From assembly GCA_017615595.1 (NCBI GenBank), contig JAFZZT010000014.1, positions 228 to 64,227 on the forward strand: a DNA stretch of 64,000 nt, written 5' to 3'. Of the stretch, positions 42,288-52,542 are shown piece by piece (within the stretch, counting starts at the first letter, position 1; every line of letters begins with the position of its first letter). The stretch is from Bacteroidales bacterium (GTDB lineage: Bacteria > Bacteroidota > Bacteroidia > Bacteroidales > WCHB1-69). A program made the position numbers and the translations under genes. Under the pieces are notes generated by a model that saw nothing but the letters and a program-made list of their open reading frames with translations, searched no databases and was not told where the DNA came from.

Positions 42288-44777
42288 TTATGATTTTTTG
42301 GATGATCTTCTCTTGGCAGTCGGGGCCGTACTGGCGATGATAGCCTGACAGTCGGAATATGACAAGTTGTCGGCCAACATCCCTTTCGGGATCTTGTAGT
42401 TGTTGGTGCCATCCGTGATATAGGCGCCGTAGCGGCCGTTCATCACGCGCACGGAAGCATTCTCGTCAAACTTGCGAATCACATTCTTGTTGTCAACGTT
42501 CTTCAGATAGTCGATGGCCATCTCTTCCGTGATGGTGGAGATGTCGGTGTTCTTGTCGAGCGTATAGTTCTTGTTGTCATACTTCAGATAAGGACCGTAA
42601 CGACCTACTGCAGCGGAGATTTCCTTCCCTTCCCAGGTGCCGATGATCTTGGGGGCACGCGCTTCTGTCTCGCTCTTCTTGGCATTAATCAGTTCCACGC
42701 AACGTTCATAGGTGACGCTGAGCGGGTCCTCGTTCTTCGGGATCGTGACAAAGACATTGTTGTGTTTCACGTATGGGCCGAAACGTCCGGAGCCGACTAC
42801 CACGTCACTGCCCTCGTATTGTCCGAGATTTCTCGGCAGCTGGAACAGCGACAGAGCCTCTTCCAGCGTGATGGTCTCAATGAACTGGTTGGGTTGCAGT
42901 CGGGCGTAGCGCGGTTTCGTGTCCGCATAGTTCTCCCCTATCTGGACCATCGGACCGTATTTACCCAGCTTGGCAAACACCTTCTCGTTGGTTTTCGGGT
43001 CATAGCCCAGCAAACGCTCTCCGCTGGCTTTGGCGGAATAGTTCAAGGCATTGTCAACAGAATGGTGGAAGTCGTTGTAGAAATGGTCGATCATATCCTG
43101 CCACTTCTCTTTTCCCTCGGCGATTTCGTCAAAGTCCTTCTCCACATCTGCGGTGAAGCCGTAGTCCATGATCTTGTCGAAGTTCTCTTGCAGGTAGCCA
43201 TTCACCACCATGCCCACATCTGTCGGGAAGAGTTTGTCTTTCTCAAAGCCGTATTTCTCTTTCTTCTCGTCTGTTTTGATCGTATCGTCTTTCAAGGTGA
43301 TGAGCTCGTACTTGCGTTCCTTGCCGGGGCGCGAAGCTCTGCCCACATAACCTCTCTTCTGAATCGTGGTGATGGTAGGTGCGTATGTGGAAGGACGTCC
43401 GATGCCAAGCTCCTCCATCTTCTTCACCAGGCTGGCTTCCGTATAGCGCGCCGGCGGTTGGGCGAAGCGCTGGGTGGCGGTGATGCTCTTGGAGATCAGC
43501 ACATCATCCACCTGCACGGAAGGCAGCAAGCCCTTGATCTCTTCCTGCTCCTCGTCTTTGGATTCCGTATAGACTCTGAGGAAACCAGGGAAGAGGACCA
43601 CCTCTCCCGTGGCCACGAACTTCTCGGGACGATTGGAGATCGGGATGTTGATGGTGGTCTTCTCGGTCTTGGCGTCACTCATCTGGGAAGCGATGGTACG
43701 TTTCCAGATCAGATTGTAGAGATTCTTGAGGAAGGTGTCGCCCGGGACCGTCTGTCTGGACATGTCGGTAGGACGGATGGCTTCGTGGGCCTCCTGAGCT
43801 CCTTTGGTCTTGGTCACATACTTGTGCGGGTGGGCGTATTCAGCGCCATATTGCTCGGTGATCACCTCTTTGGCAGATGCCAGGGCAAGGGCGGAGAGGT
43901 TGACAGAGTCGGTTCTCATGTAGGTGATGTATCCGGACTCGTACAGTTGCTGAGCCACCACCATGGTCTTGCTGACGGTGAAGCCCAGTTTGCGGGCAGC
44001 CTCCTGTTGCAAGGTGGAAGTGGTGAATGGCGGTGCGGGACTCTTCTTGCCAGGAGTCTTCTCAATAGCATCGATGTGGAAAGAGGCGCTCTTGCAATCC
44101 TCCAAGAAGGCGACAGTCTCCTCGTGATTGGTAAAACGCTTGTTCAGCTCAGCAGACAGCTCCAGCTTCTTGTCGCGCTCGGGGAAGAAATTGCCCTCCA
44201 CCTTGTAGGAAGAGGACGTGTTGAACTTCTCGATCTCATGCTCCCGTTCCACGATGAGCTTGACAGCCACCGACTGCACACGTCCGGCAGACAGCTGCGG
44301 TTTCACTTTGCGCCACAGCACGGGCGACAACTCAAAACCAACCAGGCGGTCCAAGATGCGGCGGGCCTGTTGCGCATTGACCACGTTCATATCCAACTCG
44401 CGGGGATTGCTCAAGGCATTCTCGATGGCGTTTTTCGTGATCTCGTGGAAGACGATTCTCTTCACCTTGGCGGGATCCATGCCCGTCACCTCCATCAGAT
44501 GCCAGGAGATAGCTTCACCCTCGCGGTCATCATCAGTCGCCAGCCAGATGGTGTCTGCCTCTTTGGCCAACTTCTTAATGTCCGCAATCAATGATTTCTT
44601 GTCGTCCAAGATCTGATAGTTGGGCTCGAAATTCTTGGTCACATCAATACCGATGTCCTTCAAAGGGAGATCCCGGACATGGCCTTTGCTGGAAATAACC
44701 GTAAAGTCCTTTCCGATGAACTTCTGGATGGTTTTCGCCTTCGCGGGAGACTCTACAATAATTAAATTTTTGCTCAT
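42288..44777 (-). CDS. topA: DNA topoisomerase I
   Basis: IVESPAKAKT, ATDDDREGE, SAGRVQS, ITYMRTDS, GIGRPSTY and Topo_C repeats (GRYGPY). Confidence 0.98.
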   Translation of the reverse strand: MSKNLIIVESPAKAKTIQKFIGKDFTVISSKGHVRDLPLKDIGIDVTKNFEPNYQILDDKKSLIADIKKLAKEADTIWLATDDDREGEAISWHLMEVTGMDPAKVKRIVFHEITKNAIENALSNPRELDMNVVNAQQARRILDRLVGFELSPVLWRKVKPQLSAGRVQSVAVKLIVEREHEIEKFNTSSSYKVEGNFFPERDKKLELSAELNKRFTNHEETVAFLEDCKSASFHIDAIEKTPGKKSPAPPFTTSTLQQEAARKLGFTVSKTMVVAQQLYESGYITYMRTDSVNLSALALASAKEVITEQYGAEYAHPHKYVTKTKGAQEAHEAIRPTDMSRQTVPGDTFLKNLYNLIWKRTIASQMSDAKTEKTTINIPISNRPEKFVATGEVVLFPGFLRVYTESKDEEQEEIKGLLPSVQVDDVLISKSITATQRFAQPPARYTEASLVKKMEELGIGRPSTYAPTITTIQKRGYVGRASRPGKERKYELITLKDDTIKTDEKKEKYGFEKDKLFPTDVGMVVNGYLQENFDKIMDYGFTADVEKDFDEIAEGKEKWQDMIDHFYNDFHHSVDNALNYSAKASGERLLGYDPKTNEKVFAKLGKYGPMVQIGENYADTKPRYARLQPNQFIETITLEEALSLFQLPRNLGQYEGSDVVVGSGRFGPYVKHNNVFVTIPKNEDPLSVTYERCVELINAKKSETEARAPKIIGTWEGKEISAAVGRYGPYLKYDNKNYTLDKNTDISTITEEMAIDYLKNVDNKNVIRKFDENASVRVMNGRYGAYITDGTNNYKIPKGMLADNLSYSDCQAIIASTAPTAKRRSSKKS

Positions 44778-44789
44778 ATACTTAAGATT

Positions 44790-45383
44790 TTATTTTTCAG
44801 CACTATGATTTGGATGGGGTTCATACGCATATCCGAGCAGCTCGTTGACGGTTTTCCAGTCTTCCTTTCGGATAGCCTCACGGATGGCCGCGGAATGGAC
44901 GCCGGACTCACGCATCATATACTCAGGAATCGGGAGCACCTGCACCTGACGTTCAGCACAGAAGTGGGCTATGGACTCGCCGTTGCCTCCCTTGTGGTAG
45001 CCGACAGTGTGGTTGGGGCCCATCAGCAGACATTTGGCATGCAGGGCATCGATGACATATCGCTGCAGGAAATCGCGGTAGTCGCATGATGCCAGTGCTT
45101 GAGTGAAAGGCAGCACTAGGGCCGCGTCAACGCCTTGCTCCTCCATCAACGACAGGTTCTTCTGCAAGGTGTTGATGGTGAAGAAAGCGGGGTCGTGTTG
45201 CAGTACCTCACGGGGATGTGGGTCGAAGGTGATCACCACGCTACGCAGGTTCTTTTCCCGTGCGGTGGCGCAAAGCCATTGGAGGATGTGGCGATGCCCC
45301 AGATGGACACCGTCAAAAGATCCGATGGCAACCACGGAATCCCGGACTTCGGTGAGTGCTTCTATGTCCCTGTAAACCTGCAT
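44790..45383 (-). CDS. FAD synthetase (FMN adenylyltransferase domain only)
   Basis: GSFDGVHLGH, TFDPHP and HSAAIR...LLGYAY; no riboflavin kinase domain. Confidence 0.85.
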   Translation of the reverse strand: MQVYRDIEALTEVRDSVVAIGSFDGVHLGHRHILQWLCATAREKNLRSVVITFDPHPREVLQHDPAFFTINTLQKNLSLMEEQGVDAALVLPFTQALASCDYRDFLQRYVIDALHAKCLLMGPNHTVGYHKGGNGESIAHFCAERQVQVLPIPEYMMRESGVHSAAIREAIRKEDWKTVNELLGYAYEPHPNHSAEK

Positions 45384-45389
45384 GAACCG

Positions 45390-47858
45390 TTAGCTTCTCA
45401 ATGTTGCACTCACCTCGCGCTCGTAAGCGGCAATCAGTTTGTTCATCACCTTGTTGATCTCTTCATCTGTCAAGGTCTTGTCTGGATGCTGCAACACAAA
45501 GTTGAGCGCGTATGATTTCTTGTCATGACCGACCTTTTCGCCTTCATAGACATCAAACAAGGAGATCTTCTTGACCAGCTTGGAACCGAATTTATATCCG
45601 ATCTGTACCAGCGTTTCATAAGTGACAGACTTGTCAACCACCAAAGCCAGATCGCGCTTAACTGCCGGATAGGTGGCAATCTTGGTGTATTCAACGCTTG
45701 TATTGACGTTCCGGACGATGGCCGGCCAGTTCAATTCGGCATAACAGACGGGTTTCTTCAACGACACTGCTTTCAGGACAGCGGGAGAAACCACGCCGAA
45801 GGTGGCGATTCTTTCATCTTTCAGATAATAGGAATAGTGGTCTGAGAACATGCGGGCGTTCTCCTCCACCCTGCCCGTCAGCTGTTCCACCGGGAAGTTC
45901 AGGCGATTCAGCATATTGACAATCATATTCTTCAAATAGAAGACATCCAGATCCTCGGCACGATGGTTCCAGGAATCATCGCCCATCTTGCCCGTCACGA
46001 ACAGCGCCAACTCCTCTTTCTCCTGATAGCGTACCGTCACATCGGCGCCCTGCTCGGCAGCGGGATTCAGCGAATAGGTCTTGCCAAACTCAAAAAGACG
46101 GAGGTTGGCATTCTTGTTGTTCACATTGCGGGCCACATTCTCCAAGCCGCCGAAGAGGAGCGTCTGACGCATCACATTCAACTCGGTGCTCAACGGATTC
46201 AACAGCTTGACTGTCTCGTTGGCCGGGATGAAGTCGAATTGCTCGGCATAGTCGCCACGCGTCAGAGAATTGTTCACCACCTCATAGAAGCCGTTGTCAG
46301 CCAGATAGCGGGAAGCCGTCATCTGCATCTGATAGGCCAGGTTCTGTCCTTGGCATGATGAGAGCTTGAACTGGATGGTGTCCGGAATCTCGATGTTGTT
46401 ATATCCGTAAATACGGAGCACTTCCTCTATCAAGTCGATCGGGCGGGTCACATCCACCTTGTTCAACGGGACCGTGACGACGCAGAAGTCTTCTTCAAAA
46501 GAGTTCAGCTTGATATTCAGCAGTTGCAAGATCTTGATCACCTCGTCCTTGGGGATGACCTTGCCAGCGATCTTGTTGACCTCATCATAGTGAAGGGTGA
46601 TGCAGGCGGGTTCGATCTTGACGGGGTAGATGTCATTGATGTCGGCCAGCATGTTGGCGCCCGTGAGGGACTGGATCAGGTTGGCGGCTCTCTTCAACGC
46701 GTAGATGGTGATGTCGGGGTCGCAACCGCGCTCATAGCGGAAGGAGGCGTCCGTCTTCAGTCCGTGACGTTTGGCCGTCTTGCGGATGGAGACCGGGTTG
46801 AAATAGGCGCTCTCCAAGAAGACGCGGGTGGTCTCGCGGGTGATACCGGAATGCAGGCCGCCATAGACGCCGGCGATGCACATGCCCTCCTCTTCGTTGC
46901 AGATCATCAAGTCCTCTTCGTGAAGCTTGATCTCATTGCCGTCCAACGTGACAAAAGGCGTGTCCTTGGGCAAGTTCTTGACGATGACCTTGTTGCCCTT
47001 GATCTTGTCGGCGTCAAAAGCGTGCATCGGCTGCCCCACCTCGAGCATGACATATTGGGTTACGTCCACCACATTGTTGATGGGACGGATGCCCACAGAT
47101 CTGAGCTTGGTTTGGAGCCACTCGGGGGAATCTGCCACTTTCACGTTATCCAGATACAGGGAAGAATAACGCGGACAGGCCTTGGTGTTCTCGACCGTGA
47201 CGTCGATATGGAATTTCACATTGGAGATGGGCTTGATGTCGTGGGCAGAAGGAAGCACCAGCGGGGAGCATTCCACGCCGTTGCGCACCAGCGAGGCATA
47301 GAGGTCGCGCGCCACGCCCACATGGGAGATGGCATCACAACGGTTAGGGGTAAGGCCGATCTCAAAGACCGTGTCAGACTCCACGTTGAAATACTGGGAG
47401 GCGGGAGTGCCTGGCACTGCTTCCGGGTCCAGCACCATGATGCCGTCATGGGAAGAGCCAAGTCCGATTTCATCTTCAGCACAGATCATGCCCTCGGAAG
47501 GCTCGCCGCGCAATTTGGATTTCTTGATGGTAAAAGACTCATCGCCGGAATAGAGCACGGTGCCGATGGTGGCCACCACGACCTTTTGTCCGGCCGCGAC
47601 ATTGGGAGCGCCACAAACAATATGGAGGGGCTCTTCAGCGCCTACATTCACAGTGGTCACATGCAGATGGTCGGAATTGGGATGTGCTTCACACGTCAGC
47701 ACCTCGCCAATAACCAGTCCGCGCAGACCGCCCTTGACCGTCTCAAACGTCTCCATGCCTTCAACTTCCAGACCACAATTGGTCAGATATACGGCCGTTT
47801 CTTCAGCAGATAAATCAAATGACAGAAGGTCTTTTAACCATTTGTAAGAAATCTTCAT
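45390..47858 (-). CDS. pheT: Phenylalanyl-tRNA synthetase beta subunit
   Basis: MKISYKWL, VCGAPN, TPNRCD, NNVVDVT, SFRYERG and FDX-ACB C-terminal domain. Confidence 0.98.
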   Translation of the reverse strand: MKISYKWLKDLLSFDLSAEETAVYLTNCGLEVEGMETFETVKGGLRGLVIGEVLTCEAHPNSDHLHVTTVNVGAEEPLHIVCGAPNVAAGQKVVVATIGTVLYSGDESFTIKKSKLRGEPSEGMICAEDEIGLGSSHDGIMVLDPEAVPGTPASQYFNVESDTVFEIGLTPNRCDAISHVGVARDLYASLVRNGVECSPLVLPSAHDIKPISNVKFHIDVTVENTKACPRYSSLYLDNVKVADSPEWLQTKLRSVGIRPINNVVDVTQYVMLEVGQPMHAFDADKIKGNKVIVKNLPKDTPFVTLDGNEIKLHEEDLMICNEEEGMCIAGVYGGLHSGITRETTRVFLESAYFNPVSIRKTAKRHGLKTDASFRYERGCDPDITIYALKRAANLIQSLTGANMLADINDIYPVKIEPACITLHYDEVNKIAGKVIPKDEVIKILQLLNIKLNSFEEDFCVVTVPLNKVDVTRPIDLIEEVLRIYGYNNIEIPDTIQFKLSSCQGQNLAYQMQMTASRYLADNGFYEVVNNSLTRGDYAEQFDFIPANETVKLLNPLSTELNVMRQTLLFGGLENVARNVNNKNANLRLFEFGKTYSLNPAAEQGADVTVRYQEKEELALFVTGKMGDDSWNHRAEDLDVFYLKNMIVNMLNRLNFPVEQLTGRVEENARMFSDHYSYYLKDERIATFGVVSPAVLKAVSLKKPVCYAELNWPAIVRNVNTSVEYTKIATYPAVKRDLALVVDKSVTYETLVQIGYKFGSKLVKKISLFDVYEGEKVGHDKKSYALNFVLQHPDKTLTDEEINKVMNKLIAAYEREVSATLRS

Positions 47859-47969
47859 AATTCTATAGTTTTGTATGATAATAAGTTACAAAAAAATGCC
47901 CATTCTTGGAAATGGGCTGCAAATATATAATATATATAATAAAAGTGGTAGGGGAATGATAGATTTTTT

Positions 47970-48212
47970 TTACGGGACTGGGTCGTAGCCGCTGCCGCCC
48001 CATGGATTGCACGACAAAATCCGCTTCAAGGTGAGCCATCCACCTTTGATCGGACCATGCTTGCGGATAGCCTCGATGCCGTAGTTGGAGCAGGTGGGCG
48101 TATAGCGACAAGAGCGACCTATCAGCGGCGAGAGCGTCCATTGATACACCTTGATGAAGAAGATCATCACGGAAGCAACACCCTTGGATATCCACCCCAG
48201 CACCTTTTTCAT
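47970..48212 (-). CDS. yidD: Membrane protein insertion efficiency factor
   Basis: [10 protein letters not shown]...[17 protein letters not shown]. Confidence 0.95.
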   Translation of the reverse strand: MKKVLGWISKGVASVMIFFIKVYQWTLSPLIGRSCRYTPTCSNYGIEAIRKHGPIKGGWLTLKRILSCNPWGGSGYDPVP

Positions 48213-48574
48213 CGCGACTCCTTGATTTTATCGTGAATATGTATGACAGCCTTGCAGACATCCGCGTAGCTGGACATCTCCTTGCCCACATACACCCAAC
48301 ACATTTGCAATGCGAAGTCTTGGAACTTGTGGGTGCGATATGCCTCGCGCATCAACCGTTTGAGGCGGTTGCGATCTACTGCATGACGGAAACGGCGTTT
48401 GGGCACGACCACCGCCAATGAAGTCTCCGGCGCGTCCTCAGGGGCTCGCCTGTAATAACATTTGATAGGATGGGAAAAGACAGTTTCACCACTCGTCACG
48501 ATGTCGTGAATCAGCAGCGATGATTTGATACGATTGCGGCGCGAGAATGTCTGGTTAGCGTCTGCGAGTGGCAT
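48209..48574 (-). CDS. rnpA: Ribonuclease P protein component
   Basis: [24 protein letters not shown]. Confidence 0.93.
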   Translation of the reverse strand: MPLADANQTFSRRNRIKSSLLIHDIVTSGETVFSHPIKCYYRRAPEDAPETSLAVVVPKRRFRHAVDRNRLKRLMREAYRTHKFQDFALQMCWVYVGKEMSSYADVCKAVIHIHDKIKESR

Positions 48575-49319
48575 AGTCCTTCAAATATGCGTCCATGGCA
48601 TCCGTGATGGACGGGAACTCCTTGGTGGGAGCGGTCACCTGCGCCGTGAACCCCTGCTCCTCCAAAGCGGCCACCACTGAATGACCCAATGCCGCGAAAA
48701 CCACTTCACCCTGCTCAAAGTCAGGATAGTTCTCTTTCAAGGAGTGCACACCGTTAGGACTGAACAGCGCAATCATGTCATACTTCTTGATATCAATGTC
48801 TTCTTTTAAGTTCGCAGACAGAGTCTCAAAAACCGTGGCCTCGTGAAAACAGATCTCATGCTGCTGCAAGAAGTCAACCAACTCTTTGTTGGCACCCGTC
48901 TGGCCACACGGAATCAACATAGCCAAGTCCTTGTTCTTGAGAAGAATATCATGGAAGTTCGACATGGAAGAGTCTTTGGAGAAGAAAATCTTCCGCTTGC
49001 GGAATTGAATGTATTTCTGAAGATAAACCGCAACCGCCTCTGTTGAACAGAAGTATTTCATGGACTCCGGCATCACGACACGCATCTCCTTGCACAAATC
49101 AAAGAAGCTGTCAATCGTGTTTTTACTGTAAAATATGATAGCCTGATGCTCCAATATATTGACCTTGGTCTTTCGGAAGTCAATGGCAGAGACATGTCTG
49201 ATCTGGAAAAACTTGTAGAAGTCGATATTGATACTGTACTTCTTTTTCAGCTCTCCGTATGGTGATTTCTCTATTTCTGCCGGTGCATTTTGCGAAATCA
49301 AAATGTTCTTGATCTTCAT
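48555..49319 (-). CDS. Uroporphyrinogen-III synthase-like protein (Bacteroidota HemD family)
   Basis: MKIKNILISQ, YLQKYIQFRKRKIFF and FSPNGV; context beside rnpA. Confidence 0.85.
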   Translation of the reverse strand: MKIKNILISQNAPAEIEKSPYGELKKKYSINIDFYKFFQIRHVSAIDFRKTKVNILEHQAIIFYSKNTIDSFFDLCKEMRVVMPESMKYFCSTEAVAVYLQKYIQFRKRKIFFSKDSSMSNFHDILLKNKDLAMLIPCGQTGANKELVDFLQQHEICFHEATVFETLSANLKEDIDIKKYDMIALFSPNGVHSLKENYPDFEQGEVVFAALGHSVVAALEEQGFTAQVTAPTKEFPSITDAMDAYLKDYATRRR

Positions 49320-49343
49320 TTCAGTCTTATAATTATCTATCTT

Positions 49344-50048
49344 TTAATACTTTACAACAAAGCTTACCATGATTACCCATGGTAAAATTTCAAGGGTGCA
49401 AAAATAGATAAAAAATTGAAACAAATTGAATCCTCTGGGATTTATTTTACACAGGTTATAGAAGAAGAGTATGGTAATAAGCGCTAAAACAACAAAATAT
49501 ATGTTTATCAGGGGCAAAAAGCGGCTGAAAATCACCAGTGCAAGGAAGACATACAGAATCAGCGCGGCGACCGTGGTATAGATGAACTTATGCAGGAGAA
49601 GATGGTAACGCTCCTTCTGGCGGTCGAAGAGGTAAACATAGAGATTCTGGAACAGCACTTTGAGTGCGTGGAGTGTGAGCAACGCGGCAATCGCGATACC
49701 GTAGCAGCCCGGATAGGTGAACTGCTCAATCAGTTCCGGCTTGTAGAGCTCCACCAGGGTTGTCACGCCCAGCGCGATGGTCATTAGGTCGAAGATCAAC
49801 AGGAAGCGGAAGGCTCTCTGCTCCATGATCTTCCCCTCCCGGAGCACCAACGAGAAATGTCGCGGGACCACCAGGGCCTTCACGAGTTGCAATACCTTTC
49901 CTCTGGAGGAGGCTACCACAACAGAAAGAAGCATCAGCAATACGAGCATGATGCCTATATTCCAATTGCTCGGCTGTGTCACCGAAGCTTCATCAAAGGA
50001 GGTAAAGGCTAGTTGATTTTGATAGAATATGGATGAAAGGATCGTCAC
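49344..50048 (-). CDS. DUF4271 membrane protein
   Basis: Multi-TM protein ending FFIYFCTLEILP. Confidence 0.8.
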   Translation of the reverse strand: MTILSSIFYQNQLAFTSFDEASVTQPSNWNIGIMLVLLMLLSVVVASSRGKVLQLVKALVVPRHFSLVLREGKIMEQRAFRFLLIFDLMTIALGVTTLVELYKPELIEQFTYPGCYGIAIAALLTLHALKVLFQNLYVYLFDRQKERYHLLLHKFIYTTVAALILYVFLALVIFSRFLPLINIYFVVLALITILFFYNLCKINPRGFNLFQFFIYFCTLEILPWVIMVSFVVKY

Positions 50049-50761
50049 TATTTCACCAATAACTTCTTAGAAGACAACATGCGTCCGTCGCTCTCTATGC
50101 CATAGAAATAGACGCCTGCTCTAAAGGAAGACACATCAACGGTGCTCTTGCCAGAAATGGAGACTGGAGTTCTATAGACCTCCATGCCCGTGAGGTTGCG
50201 AATCACCAAGAAGGCATTATGTACGTTGCTGGCGGAATATTCTAATGTGACGGAAGAGGAGGCCGGGTTCGGGTAAGCGGAAAGCTTCGTGACGGAAGGC
50301 ACGTCCTGAACACCCGTTGTCGTGGTATAGTGAATAATGAAACTGATGGTGTCGTTGGCGTCGTCACTGTTCACAATCGTAAAGCGGACTCGCTGGTTGC
50401 CAGCTGCCTGATGCGAATAAGAGGCGTGAAAAACATTCGTCTCGTCATCCAGCCCCCAAGTCTGTCCGGGATTCAGATAGAGTTCTTGAGACAAATTGCC
50501 GGTATAACAGGTTCCTCCAACACAGAAGGTGATGGCGTCACTGCTGACGGATGTCAACACTTGCTTGCGGATGCGGAAAAAGACTGCATCCTGCTGATCA
50601 TTGGTAAATTCAATGTATGTATTGGTGGAGACACCTTCCGTTGACGTAACATATATGGTGCCGTCATTGGGGATGACTGCATTGTCATATTTCAATGTAA
50701 GTGGCTGTGCGCCAAGAACTATGGCGAACAAGCACAATAAGATCGTAAGAATATTTTTCAT
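50048..50761 (-). CDS. Small T9SS-sorted protein
   Basis: Signal peptide, FCVGGTCY and CTD (YPNPAS...GVYFY...KKLLVK). Confidence 0.85.
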   Translation of the reverse strand: MKNILTILLCLFAIVLGAQPLTLKYDNAVIPNDGTIYVTSTEGVSTNTYIEFTNDQQDAVFFRIRKQVLTSVSSDAITFCVGGTCYTGNLSQELYLNPGQTWGLDDETNVFHASYSHQAAGNQRVRFTIVNSDDANDTISFIIHYTTTTGVQDVPSVTKLSAYPNPASSSVTLEYSASNVHNAFLVIRNLTGMEVYRTPVSISGKSTVDVSSFRAGVYFYGIESDGRMLSSKKLLVK

Positions 50762-50834
50762 TTTTTTATAATTTTCGTTTTAGGCTACAAAAATACAAAA
50801 AAAATGAATTGTCTAGGAGAAGTGAGGATTTTTT

Positions 50835-51542
50835 TTATTCTGCTTGCAATAACTTCATAAACAGCATGTTGAATGGAGGCGCCTCCACTATGATTTCCTG
50901 ATGCTGAACCGGGTGCTCGAAGCGCAGTTTGCGGGCATGGAGCGAGATGCTTCCGTCCTCATTGGATCTTTTGGCCCCGTATTTGAGGTCGCCCTTGATC
51001 GGACAGCCCATGGCGGATAGTTGCGCACGGATCTGGTGGTGCCTGCCTGTATGCAGATCGACCTCCAGCAGTGCGTACTTATCCCCGGCGGCCAGCAAGC
51101 GATACGACAGCTCGGCACGCTGCCAGCCGGCCTTCTCCGTGCTGGAGACCTCGGAAGTGTTGGTGCGCTCGTTCTTGCGCATATAGTGGACGAGCGTGCC
51201 CTCCGGCTCTTCAGGAATCCGCTCCACAATAGCCCAGTAAGTCTTTTGTATGGCCCGCTCCTTGACAAGCGCATTCATCCGCGCCAACGCCTTGGAGGTC
51301 TTGGCAAAGACCACCGCGCCGCTGACAGGCCTGTCGATGCGGTGTACCAGCCCGCAGAAGACATTGCCCGGCTTGTTGGCACTGACCTTTATATAATGGC
51401 GCACCATCTCCAGCAAGGGCTCGTCACCGGTCTTGTCGCCCTGCACAATCTCACCCGCCCGCTTGTTCACGATGAGCAGGTGGTTGTCCTCATAGAGGAT
51501 GCGGTTGCTGAGGTCGGTGATATCAGTATTGCTCTGATTCAT
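50835..51542 (-). CDS. RluA-family pseudouridine synthase
   Basis: [29 protein letters not shown] and LHA; start uncertain. Confidence 0.92.
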   Translation of the reverse strand: MNQSNTDITDLSNRILYEDNHLLIVNKRAGEIVQGDKTGDEPLLEMVRHYIKVSANKPGNVFCGLVHRIDRPVSGAVVFAKTSKALARMNALVKERAIQKTYWAIVERIPEEPEGTLVHYMRKNERTNTSEVSSTEKAGWQRAELSYRLLAAGDKYALLEVDLHTGRHHQIRAQLSAMGCPIKGDLKYGAKRSNEDGSISLHARKLRFEHPVQHQEIIVEAPPFNMLFMKLLQAE

Positions 51543-52344
51543 TGGGGAAATTACGACTCTTGACATCGTCGATATAGTGCTCGATGGCTCCCACGATCTC
51601 TTCGCTGAGATTCAGGTAACGGCGCAGGAAGCGGGGCGAGAACTGCTGGGTGATGCCCATCATGTCGTGGAAGACGAGCACCTGACCGCTGGTCTCCCTG
51701 CCGGCACCGATGCCGATGGTCGGGATGTGCAAGGTCTCCGTGACCTTGGCGGCCAGCGTGGCGGGGATCTTCTCCAGCACCAAGGCGAAACAGCCGTGCT
51801 CTTCCAGCAGCTTGGCATTCTCCATCAGCTGGTCGGCCTCTTCCTCGCTGGTGGCACGCACCGCGTAGGTGCCGAACTTGTTGATGGATTGCGGCGTCAG
51901 GCCGAGATGGCCCATCACGGGGATGCCGGCACTGAGGATACGGTCAATGGACTCGATGACCTCTGCCCCACCTTCCAACTTGACGGCGTCGGCGCCCGAC
52001 TCTTTCATGATGCGGATGGCGGAGGCAAGTGCCTGCTTGGAGTTGCCCTGATAGGTGCCGAAAGGCAAATCCACAACCACCAGCGCGCGCTTGACGGCAC
52101 GCACCACGGAAGAGGCATGGTAGATCATGTCGTCCAGCGTGATGGGCAAGGTGGTCTTGTAGCCCGCCATCACATTGGCAGCGGAGTCGCCCACCAAAAT
52201 GACATCGATCTTCGCCATGTCCAACAAGGTGGCGATGGAATAGTCGTAGGCCGTCAGCATGGCGATACGCTCGTTGGCGTTGCGCATCTTCTGCAGCGTG
52301 TTGGTCGTGATTTTTGTAATGTTCTCTGTTAAATATCCAGACAT
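51523..52344 (-). CDS. panB: 3-methyl-2-oxobutanoate hydroxymethyltransferase
   Basis: [26 protein letters not shown] and IGIGAG. Confidence 0.97.
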   Translation of the reverse strand: MSGYLTENITKITTNTLQKMRNANERIAMLTAYDYSIATLLDMAKIDVILVGDSAANVMAGYKTTLPITLDDMIYHASSVVRAVKRALVVVDLPFGTYQGNSKQALASAIRIMKESGADAVKLEGGAEVIESIDRILSAGIPVMGHLGLTPQSINKFGTYAVRATSEEEADQLMENAKLLEEHGCFALVLEKIPATLAAKVTETLHIPTIGIGAGRETSGQVLVFHDMMGITQQFSPRFLRRYLNLSEEIVGAIEHYIDDVKSRNFPNESEQY

Positions 52345-52384
52345 TTCTTATAGATTTTGAACGCGCAAAAATAAAAAAAATATT

Positions 52385-52487
52385 GCTGAAAAACGCCGAA
52401 AATACGGAAACCATGCGGAAACACAAGGTCAGGATATTTATTCATCTATTTCCGCGCATTTCCGTTTATTCCGCATATTTCCGCATT
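52385..52487. repeat. Inverted arrays of 9-10-bp CGGAAA/TTTCCG units
   Basis: Left arm GCTGAAA, GCCGAAA, ACGGAAA, GCGGAAA; right arm four (T)TTCCG units. Confidence 0.65.
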
Positions 52488-52519
52488 AAAAAAGGGAGAA
52501 CCCTTGAGGCCCTCCCTTC
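52488..52519 (-). terminator. Terminator of the galactose operon
   Basis: AAAAAAGGGAG...CTCCCTT. Confidence 0.55.
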
Positions 52520-52542
52520 TAATCGTTCCAAACACCACCCTT

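Noticed and set aside
42762-44594. 610-aa + strand ORF, and similar long ORFs at 521-1402, 4304-5395, 9052-10134, 17096-18097, 24770-25735, 46524-47813 and 52504-53460
   Set aside because: Antisense shadows of well-supported genes, caused by biased third-position codon usage; no recognisable motifs.
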